A DNA stretch of 64,000 nt. Source: Eledone cirrhosa (lineage: Eukaryota). The position numbers were made by a program, and so were the translations under genes. Shown here piece by piece: positions 1 to 14,549 of the stretch. The notes beneath the pieces were generated by a model, which was not told where the DNA came from, searched no databases, and worked only from the letters and a program-made list of their open reading frames with translations. The number at the start of each line of letters is the position of its first letter. Position 1 is the stretch's first letter. The DNA is taken from contig OZ024745.1 in assembly GCA_964016885.1 (NCBI GenBank), positions 76,322,001 to 76,386,000 of the forward strand, given 5' to 3'.

Positions 1-517
1 GATTGTTTCCAGTACTTGATATGTATTTAATTTCATTGGAAGGATGAAAAGCAAAGTTGACCACAATGGAATTTTAACTTAGAATGTAAAGTGTCACAAC
101 AAATACTGCAATGCATTGTATTCTACTAATCCACCAATATAAAGATTATATGAAATCAGTTAATATCTGAACAATGTTAAAGGTTATAGTTTAAAGTATT
201 TCCCGTACGTTTAACTTTTATTGTTCTTCTTTAGATTTTATTTTAATGCTACGTATCATGGGTAAACAGGTAAGTACGGGCGAAATGATATGATGTTACA
301 CTATTCATCATGGATCATGAACAGATTTGCTGAGAACATTTCGTTATGTTTCTGAAGCACGAGTTCACTTAACTGTTGGGAAAAATATCAGAACAGCTAT
401 ACAATGTTTAACCAAAGTGTCTGTCTTGACACTGAGTTGAGACATGGAATTATAGGCAGCGTATGCAACGGCTAGTGTTATACACGTTTTGTTGACTAGT
501 GTTATACACAGGTATAA

Positions 518-1309
518 CACTAGTCAACACAATTTTGCTTTTTTTCTGCTGACCTAAGTTTGAGACCTGTTCTTGAGTAATTTAAGGCCGCTGAGTTTAA
601 AAATGACAATACTTTTTTCTATCATGTGGTGAGACTGTTAAAAGCAATGGGTGCTCTACAGTATTACCCTCATGAATGGAGACTTTATAGATAGTTCAAA
701 TAAGAGTCTAAAATGTGTATTATTCCATAATTGTTTCTACATTTGGCACAAGGCCAGCAGTTACCCAGTACATTACTGGTACTTTATTTTATCGACCCTG
801 TAAGAATGAAAGGCAAAGTTAACCTCGACGGGATTTGAACTCAGACCGTAAAGGGACATAACTATGCTGGAAAGCATGGCGTCCGACCCTCCACCGATAC
901 TGCCAAATGGAAACTTGTTAGGTGCAATTCCTATTGGTCAATCTGTGCACTTAAAAGAGAAGTATAAAAACATAAAACCTGTATTAGATTTACTCAAGTA
1001 TGATGAACACAAATGGGACATATGTGTGGATCTGAAAATGGTCAACTTTTTACTTGGTTAACAAGGAGAGTATACAAAATATCCACGTTTCATGTGTTTA
1101 TGGGATAGCCAAGTGAAAGACAAATATTGGGAACAGAAGCACTGGCCAGTTAGAAAAAGTTTGACTGTTGGAGAGAAGAATATCATACACCAACCACTTG
1201 TTGGGCGAGAGAAAACCTGATGTGTTAGGAAAAAATGGATGCCATATTTGAAATCAGCACCTCAAAATTAGCTAAAAACAACGAAACCTAAGCCAGCAGT
1301 TGACTAGTG
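518..1309 (+). mobile_element. Internally deleted Chapaev3-like (CMC superfamily) DNA transposon, interrupted by a SINE
   Basis: 11-bp TIRs CACTAGTCAAC (518-528) / GTTGACTAGTG (1299-1309) with TAA on both sides (515-517, 1310-1312; TWA-type TSD). Transposase remnant EWRLYIDSSNKSLKCVLFH..NGNLLGAIPIGQSVHLKEKY..CVDLKMVNFLLG*QGEYTKYPRFMCLWDS contains a stop codon. Family assignment is from recalled motifs. Confidence 0.75.
728..905 (-). mobile_element. tRNA-derived SINE (family A) inserted in the transposase remnant
   Basis: Reverse complement of the consensus ggcagtatcggtagagggtcggacgcc..gagttcaaatcccgccgaggttaactttgcctttcatccttac..gtagaaacaatta; splits the H|NGN motif. Confidence 0.85.
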
Positions 1310-1370
1310 TAATCTATCTCCAGTTGGATATTTTTCTCGACTACGAATCATTTCAATTATGATAGGCTGA

Positions 1371-1487
1371 GTAATAATTGTTTCTACCTTTAGCACAAGG
1401 CCAGCAATTATCCAGTGCATTACTGGTACTTTATTTTATCGACCTCGTAAGGATGAAAGGCAAAGTTAACCTCGACGGGATTTGAAG
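1371..1487 (-). mobile_element. SINE family A, 5'-truncated
   Basis: Same body and tail as 728-905. Confidence 0.8.
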
Positions 1488-1624
1488 TAATAATGGCAAC
1501 TTATTAAACAGAACGACAACTCAATTCCCTTGTTTGGTTTTGTATATTATATTTATGGCATTGATGGTTATAATTATTCAATAGTCTAATTACCTTTCCA
1601 TTTATTTTAAATATATTTCTCGAG

Positions 1625-4600
1625 TTTTATTTATTTGACAAATTTCAATTCGGTTATATAATGTTTGCAATAACAAAAAGAAAAAGAAAGAGGGAAAAAA
1701 TTAAATAACAAAAGTAAGGAAAAGGTTTAGGGGAAGGGAAGGCAGAAAGGCAATGTTTAAATAAAAAAAGAGAGGAAAAAAACTGTGTGGAAACTTAAGA
1801 AGGAATACCAAACAATACTAAAAAACAAACAAACAAATCCTAGTTTAAAACAGTAAAGAAAATGTAAAGGATGGGCTGAACAAGCGAGCCAACACCAGAG
1901 CAAAAGACAGCAGCGAGGGGTACTGGGCGACCTCTCTAATGACTTTTGAGGCAAGCCAGCACACACGCAGCGTTGCCTCGGGTGATGGCTAGGCTAATGC
2001 GCTGGAACTGCCAAGCGCCCTCGCGATATTCGCCAGTTACCTCTATTAGGCGAGCCGCCAGTGAAGAGAGGAACCTCGCAGTCAGCGGCCCGACTTCCCC
2101 AAAAGTAGCTGGTCAACAGATCAGAGTATTTGAGGGACTTACTCCGCTCGGCTGCTGAAGCTGTGACTCTCGTCCAAACCGCAGCATCCAGGATGTGGGA
2201 GAGAGCAAAAGAGTCACTAACAGTGACGTCCCAGACAAGGCACCTGCCTCTCGACCAGGGGCACAGGGTAAGGCCGTCAGGTCTTTTGCTGTCACTTCTG
2301 GACAACCCAGATGGTTGCAAGACTGAGGGGATGTTCGTCCGGGCCAAAGCTCTCTTGAGGATGAGGTGACGTGTGACGTGCGAAGCGGCCGGCATTCAGG
2401 CGGCAAGAAAAACCGTGGAAGCCTGTGGAGTCGAGGAGTTTGCCACATCGGCACCTTAGACCCATGCAGACGTCAGCTCCCACTCTGAGGGCGATGGAGA
2501 CACGAAGTTCGTCCAGGCTGAGTAGGCTACCAACGTTGGCCACGAGTAGGGCATCAACCCAGTCGCCTGAGTATTTGGCGCTGGCAGATAGTAAGCGGCA
2601 TCTTGCAAACTGATCTGACTGGACGAAGAGGGAGTCGAAGGTGGCCCTCAAACTTATGCTGTCCCAAATTCTCTGACTTCGACTGTCCTCCACCTTCTCA
2701 GGAAGAGAAAAGCCCAACTCACTCCATTGCTAGAGAGCTTCACCCAACTCCCTCTTGGAACTAGTCCATGTTGGAGAGGAGAGGATGCTGCTCCCCAGGA
2801 TGGAGCAAGCATAGGTGGAGGAAAGGAAGCAGGAGAGAGAGAGGGACGAACAGTTACGAAGACCAAGACCCCCAAATCGCTTGGGCAACGCAGCCTGATT
2901 GCGGGACTCTGGAGAGAGTTTAACATTGACCAGGCACTCGAAGATTAGGTCGTCGAAACGTAGGAGGCAGGACGGAAATCTGTGAGAGGGGCTGACCCTG
3001 AGCAGATACAGAAGCTTAGGAATAGATAGGTAGTTCCTGAATATAAAGAAACCTTGATGGGGTTCGATAACCTCAACATTCTTCAGCAGCTGCTCAAGGC
3101 CAACCATCTTCGATTGGAAGATTAGCTCGAAGGCAAGGTCTGTGATTGGGGCTCCTAAGGAGCAACAAGCCGGCAGGGGAGGGACCGCGCTGGAAGGGAA
3201 GGACTCTGCAAACAGGTCGATTAGCTGTTGGTGTTGAGAAGCCGGGTGGTTGAGAATCCAGAGCTCACATTTGGAGCTATTGACCTGGAGACCCCGGCGG
3301 CTAAGCTCCTCAACCATCTTGTTGGCAGCGGCGAGAACCATATCCGGAGTCCCCCCCCCCAAACAGGCGTCGTCGAGGTACCAAACATTGAGGTCCAACT
3401 CAACCCCTATCTTGGTGACGTCATCAATGCCCACTGCAAACAGAGCGGGCTCGAGTGGGTCACCCTGTTGGACTCCTGAGGCACAGGTGATGATTTGGTT
3501 ACCGAAAGAGAGGTAGGGGGGCTCTCGATAAGCCTGCGAAGCAAAGTGATAGAGTTGTAGTACCCTCTCTCTTATTGAGCCGAGGACGACGTCGCGGCTG
3601 ACGGAGGTAAAGGCGTTCCTGAGGTCAAGTTTGAGGATGACCTTGGGGGACGAGGAGGGCAAGTTGGTAAATGATCTGGTAGCGTGGACAGCAGCCTCAC
3701 ATCACAACTTGGTACCCACCCCCAGCTGGATGGGGGTGAATTCCTCCACAAGTGAGGCGGCGAAGGGTGCAGCAAACCACAATGGGGCGCAGGTCTCCGT
3801 TGGGCTTGGTGAGACCAAATAGCTTCGCACCGAAGAACAGTGGGCGGATGAACGGGAGAACGTTCACTGAAGAGAACTGATTCACAAACTGAGTCAAACT
3901 CTCCAAGAGCTCGAGTCCAGCGTCACCGGCCGATAAGGAGATACCATCCTTGAGGTGTTGAGGACGAAGGCCGTCAATTCCCGCGCCTGACCCAGCGGGG
4001 AAGGATGAAATCGCCTTTCTGATGATATCGGTGATGTAAATCGGTCTCGAGTATTCTGGTGGTTCGGGCCAGTGTAGCTGATCATCTGGGGTTGCTGATG
4101 GGTGTTTCTCTTTCAGTCGCTCAAGAGAATCAGAGTTGCACGGGGCAAGGGAGGACAGGGAAGAGAGGAGACGGACAGCCCCTTTAATGTCAAATTCGCT
4201 GAATTTGGCATTGACCGCTCGCTTGAGGTCTACCGGTTGTCTGTTGGTGGACACCGAGCTCGATGTCGAACTGAAATGAGACGTGGTTGGGGTGGACTCA
4301 AACAGCTGGAACTGTCGCTTGAGAGAGGACGTGAGGGAACCCGAATTCGTATTGTGCACGTGAAGAGAGATGAGGGGAAACAAAAACAATTTCTGCTAGT
4401 CAGACCTATTGTTGGACGAGCAAACGTTTTTCAATAAATTAGAGAGGGCACGTGCAAAGCTATTCCGAGCTCCCTTAGGGATCCGGTCAACGAGCTTAGA
4501 TTTGGAGAAACCCTGGAGGGCTGTGGCAAAGTCCTCGGTAGAGAATTGGTCATCGAAGCGTGGGGCATCCCCACGGAATACGTCAGAGCTGAAGTGGCAC

Positions 4601-5320
4601 CGATTACAGGTCCAGTGTTGAAGCCTTTCGGCTTGAGCTTTGATGATGCCGACACAGCTTCTGTGGTAGCTTGTATGGCATAGGTGACATTTAATTGTCT
4701 TTAAGTACCGGCTAGTGCGGGCACAGAGAGTACAATCAGGTGATGGGCTGGCAGCAACCGGCAGTAGAGGGCCAGCGTTGGAATTCGGTGGAGGGAGTGA
4801 GTCAGTAAAGGAGGCAGCAGTGGTTCTAACGGTGGGACTAGAGCGGAGGTTGGGTGGTGGGCTAACAGTTGTAGGGGTGGTGGGGTTGGCCGGGTTGAAT
4901 TCGCTCGGAATCTGCGGTGAAGGGTAGCGTAGGTGGGGACAAGTTAGCTGCTCTCGTGCGTTCCGAAGTTGGTGGAGAATGAGAGGTCGAAGGCTGACCG
5001 GTTGTCACATAGTCGTTCCACGAACCCGGTCTCTTGGTCATGCCACCGCTACCTAGAGTGAACTAGGTTAAAGTGGAGGCAACTTTATCAATCGGCAATC
5101 ACCGGTGATAGTTCGATCGAAACATCGGGCCACCGACGGGTTGAACGAAGACATAGGTGGACTGTGCGTGAGGACGAAGTAAGGGGTGAGCAGAGAGAGG
5201 GATAGAAAGTGGAGAAGGAGGGAGAAGATTAAGTGCGTGGAGAAGAGTGTGGTCATGTGAGAGGCAGGTAAATACAGTGGAAGAGAAAGAGCAATAAACG
5301 TGCAAAGGGAAGGAAAATAA
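1625..5320 (-). mobile_element. CRE-clade non-LTR retrotransposon (PHD finger - RT - restriction-like endonuclease), near full length, with stops and frameshifts
   Basis: RIPKGAR motif. RT motifs FPAGSGAGIDGLRPQHLKD, KPNGDLRPI, KLDLRNAF, GVQQGDPL, WYLDD (ORFs 3697-4389, 2730-3662). C-terminal CRCG..HGFSC zinc motif and RPDG..WDVTV..K..KY RLE (ORFs 2292-2717, 1994-2395). 3' UTR ends in an AATAAA-rich stretch near 1626-1636. Boundaries approximate. Confidence 0.85.
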
Positions 5321-6244
5321 AAACGTTATAAGTACAAAATTTAAGTCTGAGTTTGTGTAATATTTCGCATGGGTAAATCCACAGTAAAATCAGAAATTGT
5401 GAGTTTGTTTAAATTAAATGGTACGACGATTCAAATATTGTAAGCGCGTCCATTGAGAATATCGTTGAGATGTATGCGAAAATGTAAACAAATATTTATA
5501 TCCCAGACAGAAATGCTAATTTCTACTTCTATATATACTTTTATATAATTATCTGCTGGTGGATTTTATATTTCGCTCTATATCTTAACTGAACTTTCTG
5601 TGTTATCGCCGCTATGAAATTCAGTTTCTACAATTTCTCATAGAATTATGTTGCTAAACTGCCAAGCTATTTCGTCCGATTACATTCTAGTTTCAAATAT
5701 TTCTTGACAGTTCTCTATAAACTTTTCTGGCCATCATTTCTTTTGAGGAGATATGGTGTATTTTCAATCTATTTGTTTCGTTTTTGTATCAGAAGGGCCT
5801 CAAAAATTCTGAATACGTTTGCTAGATATTGCTTTCTGTTCGGCCGTAAAATTTACATTTAGTATTAATTTTCGATATAGTTGTATTTCAGTTTTTTAAT
5901 TTATTACTTTTTTTTTTATTTAGTTATGTTCAGTATGGCTTTCTTTGTTACCTTTCACTGCACACCTCAAGCGAGTTTTTAGATCGCCGCAGAACAAATA
6001 TCCCAAGAGTTTTCGTTCGTAAAGCATCGTTTTTTGTTTGTTTGCAAACCAACGTTTTTACGTTTAACCGACACATGCGCACACAAACGACTAGAATAAT
6101 ACACACATACATTCATACAACGCGTACAATGTTTATATTATCTTAACTATTTACACCGAAATCGTTTCCAAGTAGAATCTTTTGCTTAATGCTCTATTTT
6201 TGTGAGACATATGTCTGTGTATATAAACCTAAACACCCCCACCG

Positions 6245-6245
<1 letters not shown>

Positions 6246-6317
<72 letters not shown>

Positions 6318-6330
6318 CATATGTATATAG
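6246..6330. repeat. (CA)n/(TA)n microsatellite
   Basis: Seen directly. Confidence 0.95.
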
Positions 6331-6333
6331 ACT

Positions 6334-7040
6334 TGTAATGTCCGGTGACCCGAAGGCTGGTAAATCCTTGGTAATCCGATATCTGAGTAATTATCCAGAA
6401 CTGGAAGACAGGAAAGTTCGGATAAGGAGAGAACAGGTTGAGGTATGAGAAATGTGTGAAGGTTAGGAAAGGAAGTTAGGAAAAGAGGGTTGGGAGGAGA
6501 AAGATAGGTAGATGGGTGGGTGGTAGGCGAAATGTCCGGCCTGGGGTAGGGGAAGGAAAGGGTACAGGGATGTCATGGGTGTGGTTGTACCAAAGGAGAG
6601 ATTGGTAGATGCTTAACGAACGGTATTAGTAGTTGTTAGAATGATTATAACAAGAATAGCGATTTACTTGTCTATAAAGGTTTACTTCACTTCAGAATAA
6701 TAAACAAGTTGCGAATGTTGACAATGTCATTTTGTTGTTGGTTCATGAGGCTGGTGTAGTCTGCGACCAGGAGAGAGAGAGAGTAATGGTCTGTAGTTGA
6801 CTGCAGACCACTGTGGCCTGTAGATAGCGGTGATCTTTACATAGCTTGTTTGTATCGTGGTGCTCCGATCTCTCTGTGTAAAACCGAGGAATATACAGGC
6901 TTTATATACCTGTCGCTTTCTTTCTCACACCTCGAGGGGATAGCCAACGCATGAACCTGTTCACACCAAAAGGGTGGTGACCTAGGAGTTTGACCTTTAG
7001 GTGTCACCCAAGGTTCAAGGCGTGGACAAATTTCGCTACA
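6334..7040. mobile_element. LTR-like sequence (TGT...ACA), copy 1
   Basis: Begins TGTAATG and ends GCTACA; ~6613-7040 is highly similar to 8064-8592. Confidence 0.6.
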
Positions 7041-8043
7041 TTAGTTCCCTACCCAGATCGATGTAGGAGCAGCGATCGATTATAAAAGGGGTAGTGAAAT
7101 CTGATTCCAGAAGCCTGTCCCAAAACACACAAAATGTGGGTACTGCGCCCGCATTTCGAGTGCAGAGAAATTTGGAGAGAGAAAAAAACAATTGTATAAC
7201 TGTGTATGCATGTGTGTAACATTTAGAAGAAACTATAAATATATAAAAGTTGTGATCATGTATTTCGAACTGTTGTGTATGGATGACGTTGGGATTACGG
7301 TATCGGATTACGATATGATAACACAGAGGATTAATTCTCTCGATGTATCATCATACGTAAGATTCTCTTCCGGTGAGTCGAGGTTTACGCTATGACATGA
7401 GTGTGTGCAATTTTGAGTTGCGTGCCTGAGTGAGTCCAGGCGTGTACCCGTGAGTTGTTTCTCATGTGTTTAATAGCTGTTGCCGAACCTCGACCCGTTG
7501 AAAAGTGATCTCGCAGAAACCAAACCGAATCCAGAATATACCATAGACAAAAACATGTTGGTGTGTGACAAAGAAAACGATGTGTGATTGATGCAAAACG
7601 TGTATGTTCATACAGGCATATAATACAGTAAAACAAATAAAAATGAACGTTCATATATAACCTGTAAAAAAACTTAAAAAAAATATTTATATAATTGTTC
7701 TTTACAAAAAGTTCAGTTTTCTCTTCTTTATGTGATCGTTTTCTTGCTAGAAAGCTAGTAGTACTGTCTGTTGTTGTTGTTGTTGTTGTTGGAGATTACG
7801 AAGCAAGTGGTGAAGTGTTTGGTAATGATTCGAAACATAAAAGCGAAGTCATTGTAAATATTCCGTAGAATGGAAGTTTGGTGAATAATTTGAAAAAGTG
7901 AAGTTTTATCATATCGTACCATATAGATGAGAAGCTTGGTAATTATATATTGCTGAGAAAATTGTTGATGTTGGCCATGTTGAAAAAAGGTTGCGTGTTG
8001 TTTTCTTTTTTTTTTAAATACCACTTTGTATTTTTTTTTTATA

Positions 8044-8261
8044 TGTCACGTCGGGTTCACCAATTTAACGAAGGGTATTAGTAAGAAATTGTTAGATGGA
8101 TTAACATGGTTGTTAGATGTAATAACAAAAGTAGCGGTTTACTTGTATATAAAGGTTTACTTCACTTCAGTCAAAAAGAACAATAAACAAGTTACCACGA
8201 GTTGCGAAGGTTGACAATGTTATTTTGTTGTTGGTTCACGAGGCTGGGGTAGTTTGTGACC

Positions 8262-8340
<79 letters not shown>

Positions 8341-8592
8341 ATGGTCTGTAGTTGACTGTAGACCACTGTCGCCTGTAGATAGCAGTGATCTTTACATAGC
8401 TTGTTTGTATCGTGGTGCGCCGATCTCTCTGTAAAACCGGGGAATATACAGGCTTTATATACCTGTCGCTTTCTGTCTCCCACCTAGATGGGATAGTCCA
8501 CGCATGAACCTGTTCACACCAAAAGGGTGGTGACCTAGAGTTTGACCTTTAGGTGTCACCCAAGGTTCAAGGCGTGGACAGATTTCGCTACA
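8044..8592. mobile_element. LTR-like sequence (TGT...ACA), copy 2, with expanded internal (GA)n
   Basis: Begins TGTCAC and ends GCTACA; direct repeat of copy 1; long (GA)n at ~8264-8338. Confidence 0.6.
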
Positions 8593-8974
8593 GATGTGCG
8601 TGGCTTCAGTGTGTGTGGACACGTGGGAGTCTCAGAGTCTTCTATAGTTGGTGTGTGCACACGGGTATGTATGTGTATGTCTGTGGGCTTTTAGTGTGTA
8701 TGTGTGTGTGGGGGCTATTTTCTTTTGTTTCTATGTATGTGAGTGTGTAAGATTGTATGTGTACTATCACGCGTGTGTCAAATGAGTGTGTGATTTTTAA
8801 AATTATTTCTATGTATGTGAGTGTGTACGTTTGTGTGTCTGTGTTGATGGATTTGTAGTGTCTGTAGAAGGAAGCTTTTATGTGTGTGTGTGTTTATGTT
8901 TGGTTATGTCTGTGCGTGTCTGTGTCCGTCCCTGTATATACAACTTTCTTTCTATTGTTTCTACATATTTGAGT

Positions 8975-9260
8975 GTGTCCGGATCGGCCTCACAACCTTT
9001 TCTTCCCAGTTCTCCAGCATGGTCAAGAGCCTTGCTTTTCCGACTTTGTACTCCCCAACAATAGATTTAAGGGGTAGCATCAGCTTGGTCTGGCGGCAGT
9101 AGAATGCAGCATCAGTGAGCTCTTTTGGGACACCACACCATTTCCTTGTGTATTTGTTGATTTTGGCCTCCATGGCATCCACCGTACTAGGGTTGATATC
9201 GTATATCAGTAGTGGTCAGAGAAGCTTTGGGATCAACATGAAATACAAGCACCAAACCAT
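8975..9260 (-). mobile_element. HERO-like RLE non-LTR retrotransposon fragment (post-RT region)
   Basis: WCLYFMLIPKLL*PLLIYDI..EAKINKYTRKWCGVPKELTDAAFYCRQTKLMLPLKSIVGEYKVGKARL resembles the HERO post-RT region (from recall). Confidence 0.65.
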
Positions 9261-9296
9261 ATACAAATACACACACACACACACACACATATATAT

Positions 9297-9701
9297 ATGG
9301 TGGCTGCCAACTCGTTTTCGAGTACGGCCACTACTTTATATCCATGTAGGAGAACCCCTACCGATGCGCTGAACGAGTGTGACTTTTTAGTCCAGCCAGC
9401 GACATGAAAACTCTGGAACAAACACTACACTTGTGTTAATTATTGACACATAATGCTGGGCCCATGGTACCATGTGACGACAAGTGCAGAGAGATCTCCA
9501 GATATAAAGCAATGCCTGTGAAGCTTTTATAGTGAGCAAAGGCACTGCACAAAGCCAGTCCCACTCTCTTAACCAAGATGATATTTACCAAAAAGAAGAA
9601 CAAGTCAACATCATTGGATACCATTAGGGTTGCAGGTGTTATATCAGAGTTTTCCTTCTCCTAGAATTCTGCCTTGACAAAGGCTAAGGGGTCATCTCTC
9701 C
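9297..9701 (-). mobile_element. Non-autonomous RTE-tailed retroposon (family B), 5'-truncated
   Basis: Reverse-complement copy of ~11705-12115 with (CA)/(TA) tail. Confidence 0.8.
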
Positions 9702-10175
9702 TGGAGATATATATATGTACAAATACATACATATACAAATATATATATATTCAGTAACCTCCTTCGTCTTTACCGCTCTCTAAATTTAACTACCTTTAGC
9801 AATAAATTAGTTGCTTCAATTGTCGTTTCATTTAGACTCTGTACATTTTACTACTCGTCTGTGACCTCTGTATGATGTATTAATTTCTGCTTCGCCTCCC
9901 GAGATATTTTCAATTATTGTAAAGGAAACAGTCATTTCTCTTGACCGATGTATCACGTGTTAATTCCTCTCTTCGCCTATAGAGATTTTCTCACTTGCTA
10001 CAAACGCGTCGGGAAAACAGTCCTTTTTTTTCTGGGGTGTCTCTTGAAAAGCTGATTTGCCTCACAACGATGGTGCATTTCTATAATGTACCATATGGAT
10101 AAACGAAATTGCAGTCGGGATTTTGAAGAAAAAGTAGGTATATTTTTGTCTATTATTTCTTCTTATTTTGTAATT

Positions 10176-10228
<53 letters not shown>

Positions 10229-10237
10229 GACACCCTG

Positions 10238-10360
10238 AATAATTATTTCTACTTTTGGCAATTATTCCAGTGTATTACTGGTACTTTATTTTATCGACCT
10301 CGTAAGGATGAAAGGCAAAATTAACCTCGGCGGGATTTGAACCCAGACCATAAAGGGACT
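10238..10360 (-). mobile_element. SINE family A fragment
   Basis: Family A core sequence. Confidence 0.75.
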
Positions 10361-10459
10361 GAATAATGCTATTTTTTCGGAATGGTTACATTGAGTTTTA
10401 GATTCAGTACGTTACATTGCGTTAGTTACGCATTTTGTATTGAAATGTATTGATATTGG

Positions 10460-10675
10460 AATACCGGTAGAGCGTCGGAAATCATGCTTTGCAGCATAGA
10501 GTTACGCCGCTTTTCGATCTGGGTTCAAATCCCGCCGCGGATAGTTTTGCCTTTCATCCTTACGGGGTTATGGGGTCGATAAAATAAAGCTCCAGTAATG
10601 CACTAGTGTCGATTTAATCGACTTTCCCCTCCACCAAACTTGCTGGCCTTGTGACTATAGTAAAAATCATTATTT
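10460..10675 (+). mobile_element. SINE family A, long variant
   Basis: A-box/B-box-like head (ccggtagagcg..ggttcaaatccc); extra gtcgatttaatcgac segment. Confidence 0.8.
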
Positions 10676-11039
10676 TACTTTTGCTATATTACTTTCACTG
10701 AATGCTGTTAAACCAGCGAATGGTGAGGTTTAAAGTGAAAAATGACGAGACATGGTTATTTATCAAATGTAACTACAGAGCAATGGGAGGAAATTTAAAT
10801 AATTTATTGCCTACATATTTGCAACAGTTTATTTGACAACTAATGGATGAGTTTAACTTCGCCGATAAAACATTGTTAAAATGAGATCTGCATTTTGTAA
10901 TTTACGTTATTAAAATTATTTATTAATAAACAAATTAAAAAGTGTTATATATTGTGTATTTTGTCCTTTATATTGTTAAAATTATTTATTACTTAACCCC
11001 CAAATGAAAGTGTATTTCGTAATCAACCATGATGAGGAT

Positions 11040-13210
<2,171 letters not shown>

Positions 13211-13258
13211 AAAGTGTGTAAATATGTATATACACATGTACATATGTATGTATATGCG

Positions 13259-13606
13259 CGGGGACATAGAAATAGTCGAGTTGGACACCCGATCGCGTGG
13301 TTAAACCACTGGGAGTGAAGGACCCCTAGCCTTTGTCAGGGCATTCTTCTAGGAGAAGACAACTCAGGAAACTGGGATAACTCCGATATAAAACCTGCGG
13401 CTCAGTAGTTACCGATGATGTTGATCTTTTCTTCTTTTCGGGTTATAGCTACTGTCGCTCAGAGAGTGGGATTGGTTCAGTGCACAGTCTTTCATCATTT
13501 TAAAAAATATCTTCACGCACTTGCATTGCACGATAGAATGATTTAATAATTATTAATAATGGTATATCGTGCAATGGCCATACTCGATAACGAGGGGGCA
13601 GCCATG
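13259..13606 (+). mobile_element. Sibling bipartite element of family B (more internally deleted)
   Basis: Shares cccctagcctttgtca..ctaggagaag..gatgatgttga..gagagtggga and the 3' ggccatactcgataacgagggggcagcc. Confidence 0.7.
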
Positions 13607-13758
13607 TGAGTAAGTAGGTGGCATCAAGAATATAGTATGTGTGATTGTTCATAATAACCTCACATCAAATTGTTAAAAAAGAATATTAAAAAAACTGTCA
13701 GTCTCATCTAGTTTATTATTACGTTAGCTACCTCCATTTTATTTGCCATATATACTGT

Positions 13759-13959
13759 GTCGCCGACGACCCGACCATGCAACAGGTAGTAATGGGTTAC
13801 ATGCTACCACTAGCACTCAAGAGCGACCTAACTCAACCGGCAACTCCACCAAGCTTACTTGGTGAGGAGGGTGATTTTGGACACCCTGCTAGACAAAAAA
13901 CAAAACATGACAAAGAGCGGAAGAACTCATGAGTCAACGGCCATCTATAAAAAAAAAAA
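13759..13959 (+). mobile_element. Family B 5' module with 5' inversion and poly(A) end
   Basis: 13759-~13835 is the reverse complement of the segment seen at ~13021-13093; 13835-13945 is the forward continuation; an A-tract follows. Confidence 0.75.
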
Positions 13960-14442
13960 ATCCTGCCAAATCAATGGGTGGCAGTAGTTCCAGCTGTACG
14001 CATCGAAAGACTAGTGAAATGGTTCTGAGAACATTTCGACTTTGCAGATGATCAATGCAAATTGACAATGGAAAGGCGCTCCCGCTTGAGTTAGGAGAGA
14101 AAATTGACCTTCAGGAGAAGCAGCGACCCTTGATTGAATTCAGCAACCGAAACAAATATGAAATACACCAAATCCAATATTCCTAGGGGCGGCCCTGGTT
14201 CTTCTTATTTGCGAGTGTAAACTCGGCCAGATTAGATTAGATTAGATTATATTGTGTCATGTAAAAATTATTTTCAGTTGTGTGATCGGCGGAAATATAT
14301 ATATATATATATATATATATATCTATATATATATATATATATAATAAATGTAATCTAAGTTTTTCGAATATTAATAATAACATTCGATTCTTTTTTATTT
14401 GAATTTGGCAAAGCCGGCCATTTATCGCTCGTATACAGGAAA

Positions 14443-14549
14443 CTGACTGGCCAGTCTGCTGATATGCAAATCTGGCTGATCAGTGGATCTGCTAATATGC
14501 AGATCTAACTGATCAGCCAGTCTGCTAATATGCAAATCAGGCCGATCAG
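14443..14549 (+). repeat. 33-bp tandem repeat x3.2 containing octamer motifs
   Basis: Units 14443-14475, 14476-14508, 14509-14541. ATGCAAAT at 14464 and 14530; ATGCAGAT at 14497. Confidence 0.9.

Noticed and set aside
14443-14549. Possible CRISPR-like array
   Set aside because: Tandem units without unique spacers, eukaryotic context, no cas genes.
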